This document shows, piece after piece, positions 43,483 through 52,283 of a DNA stretch of 64,000 nucleotides (positions are counted from its first letter, which is position 1; the number at the start of each line of letters is the position of its first letter). Location of the stretch: positions 165,577 through 229,576 of the forward strand of contig CAWBEI010000006.1 in the NCBI GenBank assembly GCA_963787835.1, read 5' to 3'. The translations under genes and the position numbers were made by a program. The notes under the pieces were generated by a model. The model was not told where the DNA came from, did no database searches, and saw nothing but the letters and a program-made list of their open reading frames with translations. Source of the stretch: Ignavibacteriota bacterium. GTDB lineage: Bacteria > Bacteroidota > Ignavibacteria > Palsa-1295.

Positions 43483-43613
43483 TGTCAAGTATGTTTATTG
43501 TTAACTTTCGCGGAGTTTTCACTCTCCGCTCGCTAATTTTGGCGCATTATCGCTAATGCGGTTGGCTGATAACAGAAATGGGGCCGGTTTGTTCCAAAAT
43601 ATCGTTTTACCTT

Positions 43614-43657
43614 TCCCATCCCATAAATCCCATTCATCCCATAAATCCCGGTTCAGA
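43614..43657. repeat. Single arm of the TCTGAACCnGGAT-terminated repeat family
   Basis: cccataaat-cccattcat-cccataaat followed by cccggttcaga. Confidence 0.65.
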
Positions 43658-43983
43658 CTATTTCCCCCAGAAATAGGTGTCATTTTTCTTTCTTGTGAGT
43701 TCCTGACAATGCATTTCCGACCCTCGAATTCGAGCCAATTTCGACCATTTGTTGCAACAAGTATTCATAATTCGTTTTCCCAAAGAACTCGTTCATTAAG
43801 AAACCTAATCCCAATGCTATTCTTTCTGAAATTGGTGCCTATAATCACACTTACAATATACTACATCCAAAACCCAAATGCAAGGAAATCCAAAATTATT
43901 TTGAGATCCCGCAACCGTAGGGATCCGCCCCGGCGAACGCACGTCCGTTTTGCCGAAGCGATGATCCAAGATCTCGGATAATC

Positions 43984-44072
43984 TCAAACTAGTTGATAAT
44001 CGACTTTGGCGCCTTTCAAGGATGAGAAAGGAAAAGGGGCAAGGACGTGTCACCCGGCTCAAAATCGATCAC
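43984..44072 (-). pseudogene. Truncated, frameshifted PemK/MazF-like toxin
   Basis: GTG overlapping the upstream TGA; reads VIDFEPGD/[shift]/VLAPFPFSSLKGAKV then an early stop. Confidence 0.7.
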
Positions 44073-44326
44073 TGAACGCCGAAATAGGGATTGCGATTTT
44101 CCGGTTTCACGTCATTGATCGAATAAAGGTCTGGCTCCTGCTCTAAGAATGCGAGGGAATGATTATCGCGCAGAGCGGCAAGCTTGAATTCGAGGGTATC
44201 GAGATCGTCGTTCGGGTGAATGTCGTCACCGAAAACGAGAATGGCGCTCCGGGCATCCGGCGGGAGCTTCGAATTTGGAGGAAGCTTCAAAACCCCGTGT
44301 TCGATCGTGATTGGAATGGCGTACAT
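44069..44326 (-). CDS. Putative antitoxin
   Basis: MYAIPITIEHGVLKLP...SLAFLEQEPDLYS acidic tail; coupled to the toxin relic. Confidence 0.65.
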   Translation of the reverse strand: MYAIPITIEHGVLKLPPNSKLPPDARSAILVFGDDIHPNDDLDTLEFKLAALRDNHSLAFLEQEPDLYSINDVKPENRNPYFGVQ

Positions 44327-44535
44327 AATCCATCCAACTAAATGGCTACATTGAAAATTCCGAACAGCTCCGACACCCATCCCCTTCATCTTTCATCTTT
44401 CTCCGCCGCGGCGGATTCATCTTTGCCCGGAAGCACCTCTCCCTCCACGGCTTTTTAACCGGGCAGCATTAAGGTTCCGATCACACCGAACCAAAACAGG
44501 ATGGATAATAGAAATGAGGCGGGGTTTTCAAGAAG

Positions 44536-45504
44536 TTACATCAACCTTCTTCTATCATTAATGCGTTCTCGCTCGAACAAACGCCTTTCATCCTCTGGTA
44601 GAAAGTATTGGTGATCGTTCCAGTATTTGAGATCAGCGAGTTCGAGAAGAGCTAACAATGCTCCATCCTCTCTCCAGCGGTCGTCAGGCAAACCCTGGAG
44701 CTTGAATGTTTCTAGTTCAATCCGTCTGAAGCCATTTTTCCATCGATTCCAATATTTATCAAGCTGCTCTTTGGAATCCACATAGTGAATCACGTTCTGA
44801 AGGAGAGATTGGATATCCGGCTCTTCAATTCGATCACGATCAGGAAATGCACAATTCAAAAGTTGCCTTAAACCCTGCGCGGTTAGCGTTGAGTCTTGTT
44901 TCTTCGGTAGGCTATTTATTAAAGTCTTCGAGTAATCGTCAAAGATTTCCAGAACGCTTGCGAGTCTGTAAAGTCGACGCTTATTATCGTCGTTAAGTGC
45001 GCCCTCCTTATATTCGGTTTTGTGCGATAGATTCGCCCATAAGTGTTCAGAAATAGATGTCACTTGGATTTCTCCGACAATATTCTTTAACATAGTAAGC
45101 TCTCCACGGGTCCATTCATCAGATAACTTCACATTGACGTGATACGCGCCGTATCCGAATGAGTTTATTTCATGCTGTTTTCTTTTATCCTCTTCCTCAA
45201 TTATGACGAGACCACTTGCTCGTATTGCTTCGAGTATGAGTGGCAAATCGGGACTATTATAATAGATTATTCGTACACCGCAAAGATCTTTAGTCTGTTG
45301 AAATGGATATACATAATTTTTTCTTTCTACTTTCGCCTTGAATGATTCGAAGCTTTTAATTCTACTAAAAACGCCTAAAGCGTCAATTCCCCGATGGTCA
45401 ATTATTGCACGGAGCAAAGTCTCAAGCCTACTCAGGAAAATAGTGTACCCATCGTAATGAGCATAGTATTCAGCGCGTAGATCACTAGTTCTTATTGGTC
45501 CCAT
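44536..45504 (-). CDS. RelA/SpoT-domain (small alarmone synthetase-like) protein with C-terminal extension
   Basis: RIKSFESFKAK, DLCGVRII, GYGAYH, EIQV....HLWANLSH; no hydrolase domain. Confidence 0.88.
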   Translation of the reverse strand: MGPIRTSDLRAEYYAHYDGYTIFLSRLETLLRAIIDHRGIDALGVFSRIKSFESFKAKVERKNYVYPFQQTKDLCGVRIIYYNSPDLPLILEAIRASGLVIIEEEDKRKQHEINSFGYGAYHVNVKLSDEWTRGELTMLKNIVGEIQVTSISEHLWANLSHKTEYKEGALNDDNKRRLYRLASVLEIFDDYSKTLINSLPKKQDSTLTAQGLRQLLNCAFPDRDRIEEPDIQSLLQNVIHYVDSKEQLDKYWNRWKNGFRRIELETFKLQGLPDDRWREDGALLALLELADLKYWNDHQYFLPEDERRLFERERINDRRRLM

Positions 45505-45552
45505 GTCTGAACAACAGACACCCGCTCATGAATTAATCCCTGTTGGCTCTAC

Positions 45553-45615
45553 TCGCATTCTGCCAAAATCCCGAAACGATTCGGCTTCGCCGGGAAGCTG
45601 GATGTGCTGAATATC
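45553..45615 (-). repeat. Displaced duplicate of the 3' end of the NTF2-like gene
   Basis: Near-identical direct repeat of 46342-46404. Confidence 0.9.
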
Positions 45616-45627
45616 AACGATTAGTAA

Positions 45628-45915
45628 TTACTGTTGCAGCACCTGCAACGATCTTTTCGGCAGCGATTCCACGAGCGTCAGGAGCGCGGCGGCAGGGCCG
45701 TGCGGGCGGCGGCGACCCTGCTCCCAGTTCCGTACCGTTGCGACGGGCACGCGTATCATCAGCGCGAATTCATCCTGCGACTTCCCAAGCTTTCGCCGAA
45801 TTTCCTTCACGTGCATGGAATAATCGAATACTCGCGAGGGTTTCTGCGACCCTTTGAGAATTCGTCCGCCCTCTTTCACGCTCTCCAATAGTTCCTCGAA
45901 ATCCTGTTTCTTCAT
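45628..45915 (-). CDS. XRE HTH antitoxin (HigA/NadS-like)
   Basis: FEELLESVKE...SQDEFA...TVRNWEQGRRRP.GPA.ALL. Confidence 0.9.
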   Translation of the reverse strand: MKKQDFEELLESVKEGGRILKGSQKPSRVFDYSMHVKEIRRKLGKSQDEFALMIRVPVATVRNWEQGRRRPHGPAAALLTLVESLPKRSLQVLQQ

Positions 45916-46229
45916 GTGTATTCCTCGTCCACGATTTTTTTAAGTGCCTTTTTTTGTTGTTGCGTCAGTTGGTCTGTCGTCCCCTTGGGAAACACGTATA
46001 GCATCAAGATCTGCTCTCGGTGCGCTGCCCAAAAGTAAAGGATTCGTGCGCCTCCTCGTTTACCGTGTCCCTTAGCTGCAATTCGTACTTTTCGGAGACC
46101 GCCCGTTCCCGGTTCTTTCGGCCCGAGTGCCGGGTTGGCCACCAATTCGTTTTGAATGTTGCGATATTCGTCATCCGAAACAAGGGATGTTATCTGCCGC
46201 GTGAACACCGATGTTTCAACAATGACCAT
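45912..46229 (-). CDS. RelE/HigB-family toxin
   Basis: VETSVF, GTGGLRKVR, GKRGGARILY. Confidence 0.92.
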   Translation of the reverse strand: MVIVETSVFTRQITSLVSDDEYRNIQNELVANPALGPKEPGTGGLRKVRIAAKGHGKRGGARILYFWAAHREQILMLYVFPKGTTDQLTQQQKKALKKIVDEEYT

Positions 46230-46321
46230 ACTGCGCCAATGGCGTATAACTACTCCGAGCGATCAGCCGTTCCTTTCTGGATCCACAACGTTGCAATGAA
46301 CAGAAAATTATTCCTCACCGA

Positions 46322-46722
46322 TCATACCACAACCTCTGCCTTCGCACTCTGCCAAAACTCCCGAAACGATTCGGCTTCGCCGGAAGCTGGATGTGCTGAA
46401 TATCGCAGATCACATTATCCTTAAACCCGATCACCTCGTCGAAATGGTTCTCGTGCCAGCGGTCGCCAATACGCGTGGCATCGGTGTAGTGTATCTTGAA
46501 TACGCCGTCCTCCATACACTCCACGTGGGAGGAATATCTCACTTCATTGAACATTTTCTTGCCGAACAAATGGTTCTGCCGGTAAATATTGACAATGTTC
46601 TCGCGTCCGACATAATTTCCTTCCCAATAGTGGTACTCGCAGTCCTCCGCCATGAGCGGCAGGAGGTCATCGTATTTCGTTTGGTCAAGCAGTAATGCGA
46701 AGTTCTGTGCAATTTGAAGCAT
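46322..46722 (-). CDS. NTF2/SnoaL-like protein (1-nt frameshift near 46382)
   Basis: YDDLLPLMAEDCEY...YVGRENI. The duplicate copy has the extra G that restores LPGEAESFREFW...VV*. Confidence 0.75.
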
Positions 46723-46748
46723 ATTAATTCCCTTTCGTAATTACTAAG

Positions 46749-47003
46749 TTACCGGTATGCCTCGCTCCGTTTTAGCACTGCGGCAACCTTAACTTCCTTT
46801 GTGGAATCGAAGATGAAGTAGAGAATCCTGTAATCTCCAACACGAATTCGCCATTTGTTCACATCGCCGTGAAGCTTTTTACATCCGGAAGGTCGGGGGT
46901 TGTCGGCGAGCGCACCCATCTTCTTGATCAATCGCTCAACGAGCGTTGCCGGAAGCTTCTCCATCTCCCTTCGCGCCTCGGACGACACATCCACGCGATA
47001 CAT
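46749..47003 (-). CDS. RelE/ParE-family toxin
   Basis: LADNPRPSGCKKL, WRIRVGDYRILY, RSEAYR. Confidence 0.93.
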   Translation of the reverse strand: MYRVDVSSEARREMEKLPATLVERLIKKMGALADNPRPSGCKKLHGDVNKWRIRVGDYRILYFIFDSTKEVKVAAVLKRSEAYR

Positions 47004-47004
47004 C

Positions 47005-47197
47005 TCAGGCTTTCAGTTTGCCGCGCTGAACGAGCTTTCGCTTTACCGTATCCAGCGACTCGAAGGAGCCTTTTAATCGCTACATCCATCAATTTTGAAT
47101 CGTGAAATTCTTCCCAGAGCTTCGCATATTTGCGAAGATCGATCATGACAGCTACACGCTTACCTCCGTCGTCTGTTACGTATTGAATTCCCTTCAT
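47005..47197 (-). CDS. Antitoxin for the downstream RelE (frameshift near 47065)
   Basis: MKGIQYVTDDGGKRVAVMIDL; alternate frame ends VKRKLVQRGKLKA* one nt before the toxin ATG. Confidence 0.75.
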
Positions 47198-47319
47198 ACC
47201 TGTGATTCGAATAGTTTTATCAATGGGAATAACGCAAAAGTTGAACTATTAGTCCCATGCATCCAATTCCCGCGAACCCCACTGCCCCCTCCTGCTGTTA
47301 GGTGCGCCCGAAAGCATTT

Positions 47320-47395
47320 GGGCGCTTAGTCTCAGCTGGTTTAGAGCGTCTCGTTTACACCGAGAAGGTCGGGGGTTCGAATCCCTCAGCGCCCA
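47320..47395 (+). tRNA. tRNA-Val(TAC), CCA not encoded; one extra T in the D-stem
   Basis: Acceptor gggcgct/agcgccc; anticodon arm tctcg-ttTACac-cgaga; T-arm ggggg-ttcgaat-ccctc. Confidence 0.93.
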
Positions 47396-47404
47396 CAGAA
47401 TCCA

Positions 47405-47562
47405 GAACCTGGATTACGCGGATTATCCGGGGAGATTACGCGGATAGATTGATGTTGTCTGAAAGAGCATCCTCAACCCAAAAATGAATTACGCGAACGA
47501 TTGAAGATTATCCTTCAAATCATCCGCGTAATCCGCTCAAATCCGCGTCATCCCGGTTCAGA
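47405..47562. repeat. Inverted pair of GATTACGCG arrays with GAACCnGGAT termini (MITE-like)
   Basis: gaacctggattacgcggatt...gattacgcggat and atccgcgtaatccgc...atccgcgtcatcccggttcaga. Confidence 0.85.
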
Positions 47563-48900
47563 TCAATATACTTCGAGATACCGATCCAGCTCCCACTGCG
47601 TAACCGACATACGGTACGAATCCCACTCCGCCGTCTTCGCTTCGACGAGTTTTTCTACGCAGAAAAGTCCAAGCGCCTCGCAGATCACAGGATCGTTTTC
47701 GAGTTCCTCAATTGCCTCCATTAAGTTTTTCGAGACAGTCGTGATGCCACGCGCTGCCGCGGTTTCATCCGTGAATTCGAAGATGTTCTCTTCAACGGGC
47801 GCCGGAGCTTTCATCTTGTTCTCGATGCCATCCAATCCCGCCGCAAGCATGACTGCAAATGCGAGATAGGGATTCGCCGATGGATCGGGACAGCGAAGTT
47901 CAGCGCGCACAGCTTTCTCGCGTCCCTTCGTGATACGCGGAATGCGGATCAGCGCAGAACGATTCCGATGTCCCCATGCGACATACACCGGCGCTTCATA
48001 CCCGACCACGAGACGCTTGTACGAATTCACCGTTGGATTTAAGATCGCGTTCATGGCGCGGATATGCTTCAGCTGGCCTGCGATATAGCTTTTTGCGAGA
48101 TCGGAAAGCTGGTACTCGCCTTTCGGGTCCTGCATCAAATTCTTCTTTCCATCGGGCGTGAAAAGCGATTGATGCACATGCATGCCTGACCCATTAATTC
48201 CCGCGATGGGCTTCGGCATGAACGTGCAGTGCAGATCATACTTCATCGCAATGGATTTCAGCGCGTACTTCATGATGATAACGATGTCAGCGCAACGCAA
48301 GGCATTATCATACTTGAAATCAATTTCATGCTGTCCGATAGCGACCTCATGATGCAACGCCTCGACATCAATACCCATTTCATACAGCGCGAAGCTCATC
48401 TCTTTACGGATTTCCGAAGCAATATCCGTCGTCTGATCGAAATACCCTGCGGTATCGTGCGGCAATGCCTTGAGTTCGCCATCCGGGCCGCGTTTGAAAA
48501 GGAAGAATTCCAGTTCCGGACCGGTATTGAACTGATAACCCATATCCGCCGCGCGCTTTAATTGGCGTTTGAGAATGCCGCGTGGGTCACCTTCGAATGG
48601 AGTTCCATCGGGCATGAAGACATCGGCAATGATAAGCGCCGTCACCGCGCGCGTCCCTTTCGACCACGGAATTACGGTGAACGTATCGAGATCGGGCTTC
48701 AGATACATATCTGATTCGGATATGCGCGCAAAGCCTTCGATGGAAGAGCCATCGAACCATACGTTCGAATCGATAGCATCCTCTAATTTAGATACGGGAA
48801 TGGTTAACGCCTTCATGACACCGAGCAGATCGGTGAACATGACGTTGATGAATTCTACTTTTTGTTCTTTTGCGAGCGACAGTACTTCGGATTTGGTCAT
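47563..48900 (-). CDS. glnA: Glutamine synthetase type I
   Basis: FDGSSIEGF, GPELEFF, HHEVA.GQHEI, FMPKP...NGSGMH, NSYKRL, NRSALIR, NPYLA. Confidence 0.96.
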   Translation of the reverse strand: MTKSEVLSLAKEQKVEFINVMFTDLLGVMKALTIPVSKLEDAIDSNVWFDGSSIEGFARISESDMYLKPDLDTFTVIPWSKGTRAVTALIIADVFMPDGTPFEGDPRGILKRQLKRAADMGYQFNTGPELEFFLFKRGPDGELKALPHDTAGYFDQTTDIASEIRKEMSFALYEMGIDVEALHHEVAIGQHEIDFKYDNALRCADIVIIMKYALKSIAMKYDLHCTFMPKPIAGINGSGMHVHQSLFTPDGKKNLMQDPKGEYQLSDLAKSYIAGQLKHIRAMNAILNPTVNSYKRLVVGYEAPVYVAWGHRNRSALIRIPRITKGREKAVRAELRCPDPSANPYLAFAVMLAAGLDGIENKMKAPAPVEENIFEFTDETAAARGITTVSKNLMEAIEELENDPVICEALGLFCVEKLVEAKTAEWDSYRMSVTQWELDRYLEVY

Positions 48901-48966
48901 AGTCGTTGGTTAGGTTTTGGGTGGTTGCTGGAGTGAATAATATCGAAAAATCTTGAGGATCGTTGT

Positions 48967-49491
48967 TCAGGTTTCTAATTCTTCTATCGGCAGCGCCATC
49001 GTCTCTTTATACGTATTGAGAACAACGTTCGTGCGCGTTTGCTTTACGCCCGGCCACTGCTGAATTTGCGAGAGCAGCCGTTCGAGCGTGGAAGTATTCC
49101 ACGTTCGCGCTTTTACAAGATGCGAACCTTCGCCGGTGATCGCGTGAACCTCCATAATTTCCGGATGCTTTTCCGCCGCGCGTAAAAATTCCGGATACTT
49201 GCTGCTCGATTCGACGGTCACCGTGATAAAAACAGCAACGTCAAGCCCCGCCATTTTCGGATTAAGCTTCGCGTAAAAACCTTCAAGGAGTCCGCGCTCT
49301 TCAAGCTTGCGCATGCGTTCGCTCACCGCCGGCAGCGACATCCCCACTTCTTCCGCGATCTCATTCCGCTTCGTGCGACCCTTCAGTTGCAGCCGTCGAA
49401 GCAAAGTAATGTCCGTTTGGTCGAGGCTGAGCGTTTCTATCGCCGGAATATTCGGCTTTTTGCCACGCTCAGTGACATTTTTCTGTTCCAT
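48967..49491 (-). CDS. Lrp/AsnC-family regulator
   Basis: LDQTDITLL...EIAEEVGMSLPAVSERMRKLE, ITGE. Confidence 0.93.
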   Translation of the reverse strand: MEQKNVTERGKKPNIPAIETLSLDQTDITLLRRLQLKGRTKRNEIAEEVGMSLPAVSERMRKLEERGLLEGFYAKLNPKMAGLDVAVFITVTVESSSKYPEFLRAAEKHPEIMEVHAITGEGSHLVKARTWNTSTLERLLSQIQQWPGVKQTRTNVVLNTYKETMALPIEELET

Positions 49492-49529
49492 GTCGTAATT
49501 TTGTATTAGAATGATTGAACATCCGAATA

Positions 49530-49539
49530 CAAATATACG
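49530..49539 (-). promoter_or_regulatory. Bacteroidota-type -7 promoter element for lrp-glnA
   Basis: cgTATATTTG about 40 nt upstream of the ATG. Confidence 0.6.
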
Positions 49540-49586
49540 AACTTTCAAAAGTAAAGTCAAGTGATAATAATTATTTAATAAATAAT

Positions 49587-50625
49587 GTGGATAAGTTTAT
49601 AGACTTACGTTCCGATACCGTTACCAAGCCAAGCATTGCCATGAGAAATGCTATGGCCGAAGCTCCCGTTGGGGATGATGTATTTTCCGAAGATCCAACC
49701 GTCATTGAATTGCAGGAGGAAACGGCACGTCTTCTCGGAAAAGAAGCGGGGCTTTACGCTCCCTCAGGTTGCATGGCAAACCAACTTGCCATCGCTGCGC
49801 ACACCACGGCAGGTGATGAAGTGATTCTCGAAGCCGATGCCCACATCTTTAATTATGAAACGACGGCTGCGAGCTATCTTTCCCGTGTGCAGCTGTATCC
49901 CATCAAAGCTACGGATCGCGGATTGCTTTCCGCTGAGGATATTCAGCCAGCCATTCGTGAGAAGGCATACTATATGCCGATCACCCGTGTCATCGCAATC
50001 GAGAATACTCATAATCGCGCAGGTGGCACAGTCTATCCTCTCGAACGCATTCGCGATGTAGCAGAACTTGCACGCTCCAATGGAATTATCATGCACTTAG
50101 ATGGCGCAAGGCTTTGGAATGCGTGTGCCTATTCCGGAAACTCACCCAAAGATTATGCAGATCATTTCGAAACGGTATCTGTCTGTTTTTCAAAAGGACT
50201 TGGCGCGCCGGTTGGAAGCGTACTTACTGGCCCAAAAGACTTTATCAAGAAAGCGCATCGCTTCCGAAAGATCTGGGGCGGTGGAATGCGGCAAGCGGGA
50301 ATTATTGCTGCCGGCGCTCTTTTCGCATTGCGCAATAATCGTGAACGCCTCACCGAAGATCACGCAAAAGCAAAACGTTTTGCAGATATGATTTGCAATG
50401 ATTCTAAAAATGTCAAGATCGACTTGACGCGCCTTGAAACGAACATCGTTCTGCTCAAGATCGAATGCGTTTCGGATCTAGGCCGCGCCATTGGAATGCT
50501 AAAAGAACGCGGTGTTCTGCTTTCACTCGGTTCGCATGGATCGCTCCGCGCCGTCACCCATCTCGATGTTAGTATGGATGAGCGCTGAGTGCGCCGCGAA
50601 AGCAGTTGTCGCACAATTCGGATGA
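49587..50625 (+). CDS. ltaE: Low-specificity L-threonine aldolase (frameshift near 50585)
   Basis: [39 protein letters not shown]; alternate frame ends [10 protein letters not shown] at 50625. Confidence 0.92.
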
Positions 50626-52283
50626 GAACGAAGTGGACTGAAGAAAGGAACTCCGCGCAACCCGTGGAACGCACCGCGTTCATACTGGTTGCCATTGCTT
50701 CATTCCTTAATGTTCTCCTCGGAGTCCTCAATTATCCTGTCATCGGACATGATGCCTATGTCCATCTAAATTGGCTCGATCAATTTACTCGCATCACCGC
50801 TCAAGGCATTTACTATCCTCGTTGGCTCCCTGATTCTTTCGGCGGTTTCGGCGCTCCCACTTTTTATTTTTATCCACCGCTGGTGTATTGGTTTGCAAGC
50901 GGCTTCCATTTCATTGGAATTGCTGCTGCTTCCTCATTCTATCAATTCATCCAACTTGCATTTTCTTTCTTATCGGTTCTTACAGCATTCTATTTGTTGA
51001 AGCAAATGGGTGGAAGACGCTTGATCTCACTAACAGGTGCATTGCTTTATAGCTTCCTCACCTATCATTTCTGCGATGTTTATGTTCGAGATGCACTCAC
51101 CGAGCATGCCGCCCTCACTTTTCTTCCGATAGTGTTCCTCCGGTTCCCTAATCCGTTGCGCGGAATTGCAATTTATGCGTTCGGATGGACAGGACTTTTT
51201 CTTACAAACCTTCCCATTTCGTACATTGCACTCATTTCAGTACTTGTTGTCCTTTTCGCCCGCGGCTCATTCAAAGAGTTACCAATTCAAGCCGTCTCCT
51301 TGATAATTGCCATCGCCGCAAGCGCCTTCTATCTCTTCCCAGCATTCGGGTTGCGCGGGCTGATCCATCAGCGCCATCTTTTCGATCTCCCAATGCATAC
51401 AAGTCAATTCGGCTTCGCACTGCTGGACATCTTTCAGGGGCATCCCGATTGGCTGCGCACTCTGAGTATAGCAACAATTATCGCAGGAGTAATTTGCTTC
51501 GTTGCAATGCTTAAAAATTCAGATAGTGAATCGAGAGCATGGAAATGGCTTATTGCAGTTGCCATCTTCATTCAAATACCATTTGTCAGTGCGCCGTTAT
51601 GGCACCTTGTCCCCGGAATGCCGTTCGTGCAATTCTCCTGGAGATGGAATGGAATATTGCTCCTTGCAATCGCTGTGATCTTTGCGAAAGACCATACTAA
51701 AATTATCCATTGCGTACTGATCGGCCTTGCGATCATTACGATATTATCGGAGCTCACGCTTTCGCGCAACATCTTCGTGCGTCCGCCATTGCCCATCAAT
51801 TCGTTCCGGATGGATGCACCCGAATACGCACCCAAATGGACTTCGAATGATCCCTACGAAGTCATCGGAATCGCGCAGCGAAGAATGAGCGATCCGATAG
51901 CTATTTTACTCGGCCTTACGCTACCATCAGATAGCATCGGTTTGATTTCAAAATCGCCTGAGGAATGGAAATTCTCCGTTACATTAGATCGCACTGCCTT
52001 TGTCCGATTTCATCAATTTTATTGGCCCTATTGGAAGCTCTATAAAGATTCCTCTGAAATTTCTATGTCTCCCGATCCTAATGGGTTTGCCACAGCCGAA
52101 CTTCCTGCCGGTCAGTATCCGATCTCGATGAAATTAGTAAGATCATCATTCGAAAATGCCGGTTCGGTCACAAGCATATTCGGGTGTTCGATCCTCGGGA
52201 TTCTTCTTACCTTCACGGGCTATCGTTCTATCACAAAACGGCGGGATGTCACTTCCCCGCCAGCCTCGACTCTCAGTACATAA
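50622..52283 (+). CDS. Polytopic membrane protein, '6-pyruvoyl-tetrahydropterin synthase-related'/YfhO-like (putative GT-C)
   Basis: GHDAYVH, YPRW, G.PTFYFYPPL, QFSWRW, FYWPYW. Confidence 0.8.
   Translation: MRTKWTEERNSAQPVERTAFILVAIASFLNVLLGVLNYPVIGHDAYVHLNWLDQFTRITAQGIYYPRWLPDSFGGFGAPTFYFYPPLVYWFASGFHFIGIAAASSFYQFIQLAFSFLSVLTAFYLLKQMGGRRLISLTGALLYSFLTYHFCDVYVRDALTEHAALTFLPIVFLRFPNPLRGIAIYAFGWTGLFLTNLPISYIALISVLVVLFARGSFKELPIQAVSLIIAIAASAFYLFPAFGLRGLIHQRHLFDLPMHTSQFGFALLDIFQGHPDWLRTLSIATIIAGVICFVAMLKNSDSESRAWKWLIAVAIFIQIPFVSAPLWHLVPGMPFVQFSWRWNGILLLAIAVIFAKDHTKIIHCVLIGLAIITILSELTLSRNIFVRPPLPINSFRMDAPEYAPKWTSNDPYEVIGIAQRRMSDPIAILLGLTLPSDSIGLISKSPEEWKFSVTLDRTAFVRFHQFYWPYWKLYKDSSEISMSPDPNGFATAELPAGQYPISMKLVRSSFENAGSVTSIFGCSILGILLTFTGYRSITKRRDVTSPPASTLST

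Noticed and set aside
43984-47395. Classical tRNA-integrated island or prophage
   Set aside because: No integrase, no duplicated tRNA 3' end seen, and the cluster lies 5' of the tRNA.
4932-50625. Frameshifts near 5295, 5910, 13940, 46382, 47065 and 50585, and the extra T in tRNA-Val, as pseudogenes or programmed frameshifts
   Set aside because: Isolated 1-nt indels, some in homopolymers, in otherwise intact genes; most simply long-read errors. Read data are needed to confirm.
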